DNA from: Eledone cirrhosa
Taxonomy: Eukaryota
Length of the DNA stretch: 64,000 nt
Assembly: GCA_964016885.1 (NCBI GenBank)
Contig: OZ024742.1
Coordinates: 64,294,001 to 64,358,000 of the forward strand
Direction: 5' to 3'
Shown: positions 27,801 to 39,155 of the stretch, in pieces
Layout of the letters: each line of letters opens with the position of its first letter
Numbering within the stretch: the stretch's first letter is position 1
The notes under the pieces: model-generated
Seen by the model: only the letters and a program-made list of their open reading frames with translations
Told to the model about the DNA's origin: nothing
Databases searched by the model: none
Program-made: the position numbers and the translations under genes

Positions 27801-30800
27801 AACCGATACCAGGATTTAAAGTGGAAATTAAAAAGGATTTGGAACTGTCATGAGATCAAAGTCGTCTCAATTGTCACATGAGCACAAGGTACTATCTCAG
27901 AGTTTTCAAGGATGGTTAAAGAACATTAGTCCAGCTTTCTTTTTTGGAGCACTTCAAAAGGCATGCTTGCTGGGAACAGCAAGAACCCTCCAATATGTCC
28001 TGAATATCTGAGGCTGCAGGTAGTGGCTTGATGTTCATTTGAACAAATTTGCCAGTTAAATAACATCAATGACTGAGACTCCAAGAAAATAATAATAATA
28101 TTGTACAGAGCTTTGCACCCTAAAGTAGATTTAAATATATTATACATGAAGAGAAAGAGTAGTGGTAGAAGTTATAAGGAATGTAAGGAAAATGCTGGCA
28201 GAATATTTAATATTTAATAAATAATGGCAGAGTTGTTGCAGAAAATATAGGCATAAATGCGGATGAAATTTTAGGAAAGAAAGAATTTAAACAAGGAGTT
28301 AAAGAGAATAGAAAAGAAGATCTAAGAATGAGAATCTATAGTCAATTTAAAAGAGATATCAAATACATGATTTAAGCAACTATATATATATCCTCACAGA
28401 CAACTATATATATATCCATCAAGGAAATAGAAAAATTACCTAAATATAAAGATGTATAGATCTTGAGACAGAGAACCTGAATGTGGATGATAAAAACAGA
28501 AACAATCCCTATAATAATAGGTGCTCCGGGAATGATAAAAAAACACACAGACAGATGTATAATCAAAACCCCAGAACTTACAAATATATACAACATACAG
28601 AAAACAGCACTACTAGGCATTGCACACATATTACAAAGAGTACTCACAATACAATAGAAACACCACCACCAAAAACAACACTATACATATTCAAGGTCCA
28701 CAGAGTTGTTCTCAATAATGCATTAACAACACAATAAAAAAAAAAGATTAAGAATAATAATAACGGTTTCTGATTTAAGCACAATGCCAACAATTTTAGA
28801 GGAAGAGGAAAGTTGATTAAATAGACCCCAGTGCATTACTGGTTCTTTATTTTATCGATCCCATAAGGATGAAAGGCAAAGCTAACCTCGTCAGGATTTG
28901 AACTCAAATTATAAAGGGCCATAACCATATGCCTCAAAGCATGTTATCCAATGCTCCACTGATTTTGCGAATCCACTGCCCTGGATAATAATAAAATGAA
29001 AGCCATTATAAGAAGGTTGATGGGGACAAATGTCTCAGCATGGACAGTATGCACTCTGAAGTAAAATTGCTGATGTAGACCAGAAAACAATCTATCAATG
29101 GCTGAGGAGTTCAGGGCTATAAATAGAAACAAGGATTTATACTGGCAGCACAAGGCCAAAGCTTGCTTACCAGAAACTACCAAGCCCATGTCTTAAAAAA
29201 AGAGTGCAGACCCAAAATGCAGGTTTTATTACCAATATGATGAAATAATATACCATCTTATATCAGGCAATACTGGCATCAAATGAATATAAGAACTGCT
29301 AAGATAGAGTAAGCAATACCTGCACTGGAAGCTATGTAACCACTATAAAATACAGTCAGCAACTGATATAAACACCACCTAGAGCTAGTGATAGAAGGAG
29401 ATAATGTAACAATATTTAAAGATTTCTCAGTTAGCCGTCACCAGATAATTCAAGAAAAACCAGATATCATCAAGAACAAGAAAGATATAATCTGCAAACT
29501 AATTGATATAAGTATTCCGTCAGAGAAAAACATACCAATAAAAGAATTTGAAAAAATTAAGTAAATACAAACATCTAGAGATAAAGATTGAAAAGCTGTG
29601 GCACCTTAACCTGTTAGCATTTAAACCGGCCATATCCAGCCAGAATTCTCTCACCTATTTCTGTTCCAACCGGCCGTAACTGGCCACTCATACTAATATT
29701 AACGTATTGTTCTCAAAATAAATAATATCAAAATCTCACAGATTCGATATTATGTGAGATAAAGCCTTTACTATGAAAATATAATAATATATGTAGAGTA
29801 ATGTAAATGCTAAAGGGTTAAAACAAAAACAATCCCACTCATCTGTGATGAGTTAAGGTATGATTAGAAAAGGAAGTGAGAAACATTTTAGCAATATCCT
29901 AGGTAAACCATCTCTTCAGGAAATTCAAAATTGACTAACACTACACACATCCTACAAAGAGCCCTCTCAATCTTATAAATTACAAGGTACCTGTAATATT
30001 CCTTCTCCAACTAATCTACATTATATATTATATTCCTCTGGGTGGTGATTGGCAGTATCGGTAGAGGGTCGGATGCCATGCTTTGCCGCATAGAGTTACG
30101 GCCCTTTATGATCTGAGTTCAAATCTCGCCGAGGTTAACTTTGCCTTTCATCCTTACGGGGTCGATAAAATAAAGTACCAGCCACGCACTGGGTCGATTT
30201 AATCGACTTTGCCCCCCCCCCCCCCCTAATTACTGGCCTTGTGCCTATAGTAGAAATAATTATATATTATATTCCTCTACACTTCATATATATTCAACAT
30301 ATGTACAAAGTATATATTTCTACTTATAGATAATGTGCTTTTATGACACCACTCTATGCAGGTAGCTGAAAGCAATTACTCACTTTTTCTTGCACCAGGC
30401 CATAGGTAGTCTGGCAAGAGATTGTATAAATCCAGTAAAAGAAGGAATAATAATAATTTCTAACTTAGGGACAAGGCCAGCAATTTAAGGGAAGGGAAAA
30501 TTAATTAAATTCACCTCAGTATTTTACTGGTACTTTATTTTATCGACACTGGAAAAATGAAAAGCAAAGTTGACCTCAGCGGGATTTGAAATTAGAACAG
30601 GATTATGATAATAATAATTTCTAACTTAGAGGCGAGGAGTGAGTATAGTCTATTATATTGGCTCCTATACATTACTGGTATTTCATCAACTCTGGAAGGA
30701 TGAAAGGCAAAGTTGACCTACCCAGGATATGAACTCAGAATATAAATGCCCATAACTAAATACAATTAGGTATTTTCTCCAGCACTCTAACAATTCTGCC

Positions 30801-33800
30801 AATCACTCATCCTAAGATGCACACCATAAAAATAAAAACAAGCAAAATTCATGCCTTGGGAATGATCAAAAGACAGACAGACAAATATACAACCCAAACC
30901 CAGGAGTTACAATTATATACAACATAGAGGAAATAGCACTACTTGATACTGCACACACTCATGTGCAAAGTACCCCAGAAGTTTCACATATACATGACAT
31001 ACGGAAAATAGCACTACTAAATACTACACATATATATTACATGGAGTACTTTCATTAAATACACAACTTAAAGACAACAGCTCTATCTCATATAGGGCAC
31101 ATTACATAGAGTTCCCCAGTACACTTATACATATACACAACAGATCCCCTCAGGGAAATGGCCTTGCTAGAAAACAGAACCCAGATCCCCTCAGGGAAAT
31201 GGCCTTGCTCAGTATGTAGGAAAGGTGTAGGTAGGAACTCCATTCTTTGCCCCAAATGCAAACAATGGGTACACAAGAGATGTAGCGGGATCTCAGGAAG
31301 CTTAATTAAGAATGTAGGATTCACATGCAGCAGCTGTGCTGAAACAGCAAGCAAACAGCCACAGGAAACAAGTACCACCAATCTCTGGGAGGGCCCTGTA
31401 GAAACAGTAGACAGCTTCTGCTACCTAGGTGACCGAATTAGCAACGGAGGTGGGTGCTCAGAAAGTACAATAACTAGGGTAAGAACGGGATGGAAGAAGT
31501 TTAGGGAACTACTACCACTGCTAGCTGCAAAAGGCTTCTCCCTCAGAATGAAAGGCAGACTGTATGATGCGTGTATACGAACAGCGATGTTGCATGGTAG
31601 TGAGACCTGGGCGCTGAAGGTGGAAGACTTACGTAGATTAGAGAGAAACGAAGCCTGCATGCTCCGATGGATGTGTAACAGTAATATACGTGAACGACAA
31701 AGCATAAATGAATTGAGAGAGAGACTGAGCATAAGAGGAATCAAATGCTGCGTGCAGGAGAGGCGGTTACGCTGGTATGGACATGTGATGCGTATGAAGG
31801 ATGACAGCTGCATAAAAAGGTGCAGAGCACTAGAAGTTGATGGAAACCGCGGAGTGGGGAGACCCAAGATGACTTGGGATGAGGTGATAAAAGCCGACCT
31901 TACCCAACTACACCTCTCAAAGTCAATGACACACGACCGTGACTTCTGGCGTCACGCAGTAATACAGGGTACCCGACCTCCCATGGGTACATGCTGAAGC
32001 ATATAAACAATATGCCCCCCCCCCCCCCACCGCAAGGTGGTCGTGGAGGTGCCACGGCAAAAAAGCACCCAGCCCACACTGTAAAGTGGACGTGTAGGCG
32101 CCACGAAAAAGCACCCAGCACTCACTGTAAATGAGGTTGGTGTTAGGAAGGGCATCCAGCTGTAGAAATCAAGCCAGATCAGTTCCTGTATGAGCAAGGC
32201 ATGGTCAGCCGACCAGACACTGCCCACAACAGGACAACCCGTCTAACCCATGCTAGCGTGGAAGAACGGACGTAAAACGGTGATGATGATGATGATGATG
32301 ACAACATAGAGAAAATACAAACAGACATACTGAAGGACTTACACATATACACAACATATAGAAAATACCACTACTAGGCATTGTACACACATTACATAGA
32401 TTACTTTCAATACAATAGAAAAAAACTGAAAGTACTCATGTATTTAGTTAAGAATGTGTTGAAACTCAAGTAATAACATTGTGACACTATGAAATAAATA
32501 ATCAATATGAAGTAAATTTAACAGTTTTTGTGTGGTTCTTGAATGGTCAGAATGACTAATGATGTAACTACAATGGTTCCTAGTAATATATGGTAGCTGA
32601 TAAATAACTAGAATGGCTGATGTTATCTAATAAAACATTAGTATATATATATATGACCTATACTTACCCCACACGATACTATCACTGGATCTTTGAAAAC
32701 TCGATCACATAAACGACAAAATAACTTCTTATTGGCAGCTTCTTGAAAAACAATTATTTCCTGAAAGTGAAATGGAGAAAATTTAACATGTCATAGAAAG
32801 AAATCTAAAGTTAAGTGACCTGATAATTATTGTCAACAGCGATTTGTGTTGGACAAAGGACATCTCTAAAATTATCAAGATGGCTGAGGGTGTCTTAGCA
32901 TCACTCAGTAAGACCTTTGTCAGCCGCTCTCCAGCTATCTATTTAAAGCTGTATATAGCTATGGTGCAGCCACATTTAGAATTTAGATCACCAGTCTGGA
33001 ACCCCTATCTTGCTCAGAATATTGATCTCCGGGAAACTGTTCAGAGACATGCAACCAAACGAATACCCTCCATCAGGCATCTACCATACTCTGAACACAT
33101 TACTTCCCTGGGCATGGATACATTAAAGTTGCGATGTCTGGCCACTGACTTGGTAGACACCCCAAAAATTATTAACCTTACCAACAACAACTCTGAGCAC
33201 CTTTTTGAATTCCATATGTCTAACATCCATGGACATGCTTACAAAGTCAGAAAACAGTACAGCTCCCATGACTTTTAGAAAATTTTTTCACACTCAGAGT
33301 TGCTGAAGCATGGAACAAACTACCTGCATCAGTTGTTAGCTTCCGGACACTGCATTTTTCGAAACTTCCATGCTTCCCAAAATTCACCAACTCTAAACCA
33401 GATATTCCCCCTCCACACACACGCACGCACGCATGTGTGTGTGTTTTTCGTAAGTTATACACTGTTCACTTTCCTGAAATTTGTACATTATTCTATATAC
33501 TATACATGCACCTTTGATGAGTTATAGTGCACCTGAGCACCGTACACAATAATAATTATTATTATTATTATTATACTGTACCGAGATAGAGTCGTTGTTT
33601 CATACAAACCCACATTAGGACATATGGTCAATGTTATTGTTACATGCTGAGACTGTACAAAAACATGATGCAAACCTCCCCCAATTGGCTTGTCTGGGAG
33701 AACAGTAACTGCTTCAGTACTGCCTTGGTCTATGTAGACCTATCCAATCCTTGTTAACAGGAAAAACGGATGTTTAACAATGATTATGACAGGCCCATAT

Positions 33801-36800
33801 TACTGGGACATTGTTATTGTTACATACAGACCTACATTACTGAATATTATATACAGACTTACATTAGGACATTGCAACAGTGTTGTTACATACATACTTA
33901 TATTAGGACATTGCAACAGTGTTGTTACATACAAACTTATATAAGGACATTGCAACAGTGTTGTTATATACAGACTTACATTAGGACATTGCAACAGTGT
34001 TGTTACATACAGACTTATATTAGGACACTGAAACAGTGTTGTTACATACAGACTTACATTAGGACATTGCAACAGTGTTGTTACATACAGACTTATATTA
34101 GGACATTGCAACAGTGTTGTTACATACAGACTTACATTAGGACATTGCAACAGTGTTGTTACATACAGACTTACATTAGGACATTGCAACAGTGTTGTTA
34201 CATACAGACTTATATAAGGACATTGCAACAGTGTTGTTATATACAGACTTACATTAGGACATTGCAACAGTGTTGTTACATACAGTCTTACATTAGGACA
34301 TTGCAACAGTGTTGTTACATACAGACTTACATTAGGACATTGCAACAGTGTTGTTACATACAGACTTATATTAGGACATTGCAACAGTGTTGTTACATAG
34401 ACTTATATTAGGACATTGCAACAGTGTTGTTACATACAGACTTATATAAGGACACTGAAACAGTGTTGTTACATACAGACTTACATTAGGACACTGCAAC
34501 AGTGTTGTTACATACAGACTTACATTAGGACATTGCAACAGTGTTGTTACATACAGACTTACATTAGGACATTGCAACAGTGTTGTTACATACAGACTTA
34601 TATTAGGACATTGCAACAGTGTTGTTACATACAGACTTATATAAGGACACTGAAACAGTGTTGTTACATACAGACTTACATTAGGACACTGCAACAGTGT
34701 TGTTACATACAGACTTATATTAGGACACTGCAACAGTGTTGTTATATACAGACTTACATTAGGACACTGAAACGTGTTGTTATATACAGACTTACATTAG
34801 GACACTGAAACGTGTTGTTATATACAGACTTACATTAGGACACTGAAACGTGTTGTTATATACAAACTTATATACAAACTTATATACAAACTTATATACA
34901 AACGTGTTGTTATATACAAAGGGCGGTGGATTGGCAGTATTGGTAGAGGGTCGGACGCCATGCTTTGACGCATAGAGTTACAGCTCTTGCCATTCTGAGT
35001 TCAAATCCCGCCGAGGTTAACTTTGCCTTTCATCCTTACGGGGTCGATAAAATAAAGTACCAGTAATACACTTGGTAATTGCTGGCCTTGTGCCTAACGT
35101 AGAAACAGTTATATACAGACTTACATTAGGACATTACAACAGTGTTGTTACATACAGACTTATATTAGGACATTGCAACAGTGTTGTTACATACAGACTT
35201 ATATTAGGACATTGCAACAGTGTTGTTACATACAGACTTATATTAGGACATTGCAACAGTGTTGTTACATACAGACTTACATTAGGACATTGCAACAGTG
35301 TTGTTACATACAGACTTATATTAGGACACTGCAACAGTGTTGTTATATACAGACTTACATTAGGACATTGCAACAGTGTTGTTACATACAGACTTATATT
35401 AGGACATTGCAACAGTGTTGTTACATACAGACTTATATTAGGACATTGCAACAGTGTTGTTACATACAGACTTATATTAGGACACTGAAACAGTGTTGTT
35501 ACATACAGACTTACATTAGGACACTGCAACAGTGTTGTTACATACAGACTTATATTAGGACACTGCAACAGTGTTGTTACATACAGACTTATATTAGGAC
35601 ATTGCAACAGTGTTGTTACATACAGACTTATATTAGGACACTGCAACAGTGTTGTTACATACAGACTTATATTAGGACACTGCAACAGTGTTGTTACATA
35701 CAGACTTATATTAGGACACTGCAACAGTGTTGTTACATACAGACTTACATTAGGACATTGAAACGTGTTGTTATATACAGACTTACATTAGGACACTGAA
35801 ACAGTCTTGTTACATACAGACTTATATTAGGACACTGCAACAGTCTTGTTACATACAGACTTATATTAGGACACTGCAACAGTGTTGTTACATACAGACT
35901 TACATTAGGACATTGCAACAGTGTTGTTACATACAGACTTATATAAGGACACTGAAACAGTGTTGTTACATACAGACTTACATTAGGACACTGCAACAGT
36001 GTTGTTACATACAGACTTATATTAGGACACTGCAACAGTGTTGTTACATACAGACTTATATTAGGACATTGCAACAGTGTTGTTACATACAGACTTATAT
36101 TAGGACACTGCAACAGTGTTGTTACATACAGACTTATATTAGGACACTGCAACAGTGTTGTTACATACAGACTTATATTAGGACACTGCAACAGTGTTGT
36201 TACATACAGACTTATATCAAGACACTGAAATGTCTACTATTGTATTTAAACATTTTATTATCTCACTCATCTCCAAGCCTCACCCACTCTAGCCTCAGGA
36301 AGAGGTAAAATCAGTACAAGCTAACAAGAAACTCAGTAATGTTTTAAATGCTGCTACTGCATACATTGGGAAGAGGAGTTAGTTGTTCTTATCCTGCAGT
36401 CAGTTAGACTAGGCCAAGTGGTTTTGGATATGGCACATTATACAGTCAGAGACAGAATATGTTGATTTTTTTTTTGCTATACCATTGAGTTGCCATGCAA
36501 AACCCTCTTAAATTATGTGCCATGTCATGGATTCTTCATTCCTGATTGAGTTGTAGGGGTGCCATAATGCCATACAGCATATCTTGGGTATTTAAACCTA
36601 ACAAAGCCCATCCCTCTCCAGATCTGAACATAGAAAGAAACAGAGAGAAAGTAAGAAATAAACCATAAAAGAATCTATCTTAGCACATCATTGACACTTT
36701 ATTTAGTACCAGCCCAATGCTAAAGTATACCCCTTTATATTTTGGCTACTTCTATGTAAAACAAGATACTACAAATCATAATATACCATTTGCAAATATA

Positions 36801-37936
36801 TTTTTGGAAGTCAACCAAAATTTCTTTCTATAACCTAGAGCCTTTTCAATGACTGAGGTTAAGGAGTTCACTTTGTAACTACATAGGTTCAATCCCACTG
36901 TGCAAGTGTCTTCTACTATAGCCTTGAAGTGACCAATGCTGTGTCAGTGAGATTTAGGACACAAAAACCATGCAAAAGACTGTCATTATATATATATATA
37001 TGTGTGTGTGTGTGTATCCATGCATGTTCATGTTTAGGTTTATACCTCTTAACAATTAGTACTGATTGTTTATGTATCATGACAGTTTAACAAATAGAGA
37101 TGGATGAAATAAGTAAAAGATGTGAAAAAATAGGCACAGGATTGGAGGGGAGTGAAGGACAATATGCATGCAATGCCTCAGCATGGCCACAACCCAATGA
37201 CTAAAATCAGTTAAAGAATATATGAATAGTCTCTATTTTAGGATTCTGCCACTTCTCAAACATAGTTGAGCCTCTTTCTTGACTACCATTACCACCACGA
37301 TCACTTAACGCCCATTCTTCCATGATATGGGGGCCATATCTTACTTACATATCTTCCAATTTAGCATGACTTTTTACAGCTGGATACCCTTCCTATCACC
37401 AACCACTTTACAGAATTAAATTTTGATATCTTTAGGAATATCACACATTTTTCAGTTTTGAACTTCTATTGGTTCAGAGGAAAAGTGTTCCAGTTGATTT
37501 GGTCAACAGAAAAACCTGCTCATGAAAAAAAAAAACATGCAAGTGACTGAGCATTTCACAGGCACGTGCACTCTTATTGTAATTCTCATAGAAATTCAGC
37601 ATTACACAGTGTGTGACATGACTAGCCAAGGACAAATTCATCTTTTCCAAATGGGTAGATTGGAGCAACATGGAATATATCGTCTTCCTTAAGAACACAA
37701 TGCTTCACTGGAAATCAAACTTATGGCCATATAATCTTGAGCTGATTATTCTAACCACTGAGCAATGAGCCTTCTGGCATTTTGCAGTAATTAAATTCTG
37801 TCAAAACAATTTTAATCATCTGTGGATAGACTAAGGAGAAATAATTGTGAAACAGTAAACATACATCGTCATCATCATCACAGAGAAGAGATCTAGCAGA
37901 TACATTAGAACTTGTTCGCTTGTGGCCTGCGGGGAG
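5422..37936 (-). CDS. TRAF7: TRAF7-like E3 ubiquitin ligase, partial: 10 coding exons, 918 nt = 306 codons; 3' WD40 exons outside the window
   Basis: Manual splicing of exons 37865-37936, 32668-32760, 27244-27283, 25543-25720, 24375-24450, 15334-15392, 11350-11567, 8323-8396, 6980-7031, 5422-5477. All are GT-AG with matching phases and no stops. The translation follows the TRAF7 order as I recall it: RING ...[24 protein letters not shown]...CPVDN, [49 protein letters not shown]. Confidence 0.93.
6980..7031 (-). CDS. TRAF7: TRAF7 exon (52 nt): EEISNINKRLNIGVQLA(G)
   Basis: Acceptor ttttattttag, donor gtaagt; phases fit both neighbours; similar to DELSHINARLNMG. Confidence 0.88.
8323..8396 (-). 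CDS. TRAF7: TRAF7 exon (74 nt): (D)LLEHKQNCIMTEVIDNRRENAQVA, coiled coil
   Basis: Acceptor ccactctag, donor gtaagt; phases fit. Confidence 0.85.
8478..9323. mobile_element. Three tandem degenerate copies of an AT-rich element ending ...AAAAG(G/A)GTTAA; further copies at ~15430-15690, 21600-21800, 22085-22333
   Basis: Shared blocks aattttgaaaataatcaagaa / aagttggtgtttggaa / aaaattctgatggaaggttttta / tttggtatcaaaagggttaa. Confidence 0.6.
10288..11091 (-). mobile_element. Non-autonomous Helitron (~800 bp)
   Basis: Minus strand reads A|TC at 11091 ... (TGTC)n ... hairpin CCCGAGCAACACCGGG (10300-10315) then CTAG|T at 10288. No TSD, AT target, second copy at 54811. Confidence 0.85.
11350..11567 (-). 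CDS. TRAF7: TRAF7 exon (218 nt): CDFIGTQDDLVIHLRNCKLEGMKDFLQRTD...[18 protein letters not shown]
   Basis: AG/GT boundaries, open frame, strong similarity to the TRAF7 zinc finger end and coiled coil. Confidence 0.93.
12890..13256 (+). mobile_element. Mariner transposase remnant
   Basis: WVLHHDN.SAH...HPPSSPDLSPCDFCLFPKLK..LKG..F (YSPDLAPxD family motif). Confidence 0.88.
14350..14630. repeat. Minisatellite, ~50-bp unit
   Basis: tgaggttgtagtatacagtggtaaggtaacatatgtagagaacagaca repeated ~5x. Confidence 0.9.
15334..15392 (-). CDS. TRAF7: TRAF7 exon (59 nt): DLESHLRICNNVMCPHQKY(G)
   Basis: Acceptor ttctttataacag, donor gtaagt; matches LEAHLKECEHIKCPHSKYG. Confidence 0.92.
15706..19072 (-). mobile_element. 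5'-truncated RTE LINE copy (same family), with 3' UTR and (GAT)n tail
   Basis: ORF pieces 17638-18957 and 16081-17262, with stops/frameshift between them. Confidence 0.92.
19075..19685. repeat. Degenerate ~33-bp minisatellite, interrupted by a SINE
   Basis: Recurring tttaataattctgctgtact..catg. Confidence 0.75.
20185..21011 (-). mobile_element. 5'-truncated CR1 copy (20312-21011) plus a short extra 3' end (20185-20310)
   Basis: Nearly colinear with 1610-2301; (TTA)n tails. Confidence 0.9.
21800..22083 (-). mobile_element. CR1 3' end fragment
   Basis: Similar to 1610-1890. Confidence 0.85.
23290..23682 (+). mobile_element. 3' fragment of a different RTE-type LINE
   Basis: QAAEMGF...HVVRMTQERI...RRPRGRPRARWLD; (AGA)n tail. 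Confidence 0.75.
24133..24350 (-). mobile_element. Same SINE family; other - copies at ~1412-1600, 9625-9830, 28764-28982, 30457-30812
   Basis: Reverse complement of the consensus, flanked by (AAT)n. Confidence 0.85.
24375..24450 (-). CDS. TRAF7: TRAF7 exon (76 nt): [25 protein letters not shown], TRAF-type zinc finger
   Basis: Acceptor atttcag, donor gtatat; HExxCDYxPVxCPNN motif. Confidence 0.92.
24967..25182. mobile_element. TTAA-flanked MITE (piggyBac-like), inserted in a minisatellite
   Basis: TIR ccTTTAGCATTTA; TTAA at both ends; host unit gtagacTTAAtctgtcacc is restored on removal. Confidence 0.8.
25543..25720 (-). CDS. TRAF7: TRAF7 exon (178 nt): [33 protein letters not shown]...CPVIVKLNNR
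   Basis: Acceptor tattgcag, donor gtaaat; CPVD closes a C3HC3D RING. Confidence 0.94.
25780..26088. repeat. ~43-bp minisatellite
   Basis: ggtaaccac...atggtatggtta repeated ~7x. Confidence 0.85.
26125..26882. repeat. 41-bp minisatellite with an internal inverted block (~26587-26705)
   Basis: Unit agtgaagaaagtcctcaatagctaagtccacctaggtctgt; about 3 units are in reverse complement. Confidence 0.93.
27244..27283 (-). CDS. TRAF7: TRAF7 micro-exon (40 nt): HTYCRRCVNNHSD, RING middle
   Basis: Acceptor ttctcccctacag, donor gtgaga; matches HTFCRRC. Confidence 0.92.
27735..30000 (+). mobile_element. Cluster of degenerate R4/Dong-like LINE fragments with restriction-like endonuclease
   Basis: KPDII...LIDISIPSEKNI..KEFEK..KY..LE..IEKLWHL/KTKTIP (29450-29950); IVDVACPFD...EK..RYQDLKWKLKRIW (27740-27900); ETIPIIIGAPGMIKK (28500); interrupted by SINEs and a MITE. 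Confidence 0.7.
29606..29821. mobile_element. Second copy of the TTAA MITE, opposite orientation, inserted in an R4/Dong fragment
   Basis: TTAA both ends; removal restores WHL|KTKTIP. Confidence 0.82.
30039..30262 (+). mobile_element. Same SINE family, full copy; other + copies at ~5670-5880, 13960-14165, 19322-19545
   Basis: Same head, core and ggccttgtgcct..gtagaaa tail. Confidence 0.85.
31143..32300 (+). mobile_element. 5'-truncated RTE LINE, sister subfamily with a different 3' UTR
   Basis: ORF 31158-31997 with PHD-like finger and C-terminus; (GAT)n tail; ACAACA on both sides as a possible TSD. Confidence 0.9.
32668..32760 (-). CDS. TRAF7: TRAF7 exon (93 nt): [31 protein letters not shown], RING start
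   Basis: Acceptor tcactttcag, donor gtaagt; matches [29 protein letters not shown]. Confidence 0.94.
32831..33575 (+). mobile_element. 5'-truncated CR1 copy
   Basis: ORF 32844-33278 is homologous to the ORF2 C-terminus; (ATT)n tail. Confidence 0.9.
33795..36230. repeat. 39-bp minisatellite (~57 units) with internal palindrome CAACA-G-TGTTG
   Basis: ttaggacattgcaacagtgttgttacatacagactta(c/t)a head to tail, no spacers. Confidence 0.95.
34921..35107 (+). mobile_element. tRNA-derived SINE (central domain resembles the MetaSINE core) inserted in the 39-bp minisatellite
   Basis: A-box-like TGGCAGTATTGG, B-box GAGTTCAAATCC, core actttgcctttcatccttacggggtcgataaaataaagtaccag; gttatataca on both sides. 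Confidence 0.85.
36850..37220 (+). mobile_element. Degenerate second tRNA-SINE family (CORE-like, gcaagtgtcttctactatagcc); related pieces at ~685-790, 7120-7350, 37480-37770, 58255-58570
   Basis: ggttcaatcccactg B-box-like motif and shared central blocks. Confidence 0.6.
37865..37936 (-). CDS. TRAF7: TRAF7 exon (72 nt): LPAGHKRTSSNVSARSLLCDDDDD
   Basis: Acceptor ctgtgcttcag, donor gtatgt, phase 0/0; resembles RRSDSAISVRSL plus the acidic stretch before the RING. Confidence 0.75.
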
Positions 37937-38389
37937 CTGAAGCACAGAGGCACCCTACAATATAAACAATAAATAAAACATAAAAAGAAACAATAGTTAG
38001 AACAGTCTTGGATTAAAGAAATTAGTGATGCATATAATTAGTAAACATGCAAAATTAAATAGTGTGCGTATGTAATGGTGCATGTGATGGTATGTGTGAG
38101 TGTGTGTAAATAATGGTGGGTATGAGTAGTGGTGGTGGTGATGCTGGTGGTAGTAGTAGTTTGCTACAGAGGGCAACATTGAGAGGGGTTGTATTAACCC
38201 TCTCCCACTATTCCTAAAATGATAAAAGGATGGAGTATTAGCAAAAACAACAAAAACAATGCAATAATACAAATGATACAACAGACATTGAAAACTACAT
38301 TGAAACAACACATATAATAAACAATATTGAAAACAATATTGAAACAACACATTGAAAACTGCTCATGAAAAACACCTGATAGACCAGTC

Positions 38390-39155
38390 AGTCTGAGAAC
38401 ATGGTAATGGTAGGTGAATGGTATTGTCATAGTCTGGAAATATGGTACTGTCATTATCTGAGAATATGGTAATGGTATGATAGGTTGTACTGTCATAGTT
38501 TGAGAATATGGTAATGGTATGGTAAGTGGTACTATCAGTTTGAGAATATGGTAATGGTATGGTAAGTGGTACTATCAGTTTGAGAATATTGTAATGGTAT
38601 GGTAAGTGGTACTATCATAGTTTGAGAATATGGTAATGGTATGGTAAGTGGTACTATCAGTTTGAGAATATGGAAATGGTATGGTAAGTGGTACTATCAG
38701 TTTGAGAATATGGTAATGGCATGGTAAGGGTACTATCAGTTTGAGAATATGGTAATGGTATGGTAAGTGGTACTATCAGTTTGAGAATATGGTAATGGTA
38801 TGGTAAGTGGTACTATCAGTTTGAGAATATGGTAATGGTATGGTAAGTGGTACTATCATAGTTTGAGAATATTGTAATGTAATGGTAAGTGGTACTATCA
38901 GTTTGAGAATATGGTAATGGTATGGTAAGTAGTACTATCAGTTTGAGAATATTGTAATGGTATGGTAAGTGGTACTATCATAGTTTGAGAATATTGTAAT
39001 GGTATGGTAAGTGGTACTATCAGTTTGAGAATATTGTAATGTAATGGTAAGTGGTACTATCATAGTTTGAGAATATTGTAATAGTATGGTAAGTGGTACT
39101 ATCATAGTCTGAGAATATGGTAATGTAATGGTAAGTGGTACTATCATAGTTTGAT
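38390..39155. repeat. 39/42-bp minisatellite
   Basis: gtttgagaatatggtaatggtatggtaagtggtactatca(ta). Confidence 0.93.

Noticed and set aside
30039-30135. tRNA gene
   Set aside because: A/B-box-like head continues into a SINE core and tail, repeated about 10 times in the window; no complete cloverleaf
33795-36230. CRISPR-like array, or a Cys/Tyr-rich repeat protein (IRTLQQCCYIQTY)n
   Set aside because: Units abut with no unique spacers and there are no cas genes. The ORFs follow from a 39-bp unit, are broken by indels and a SINE, and lie in an intron.
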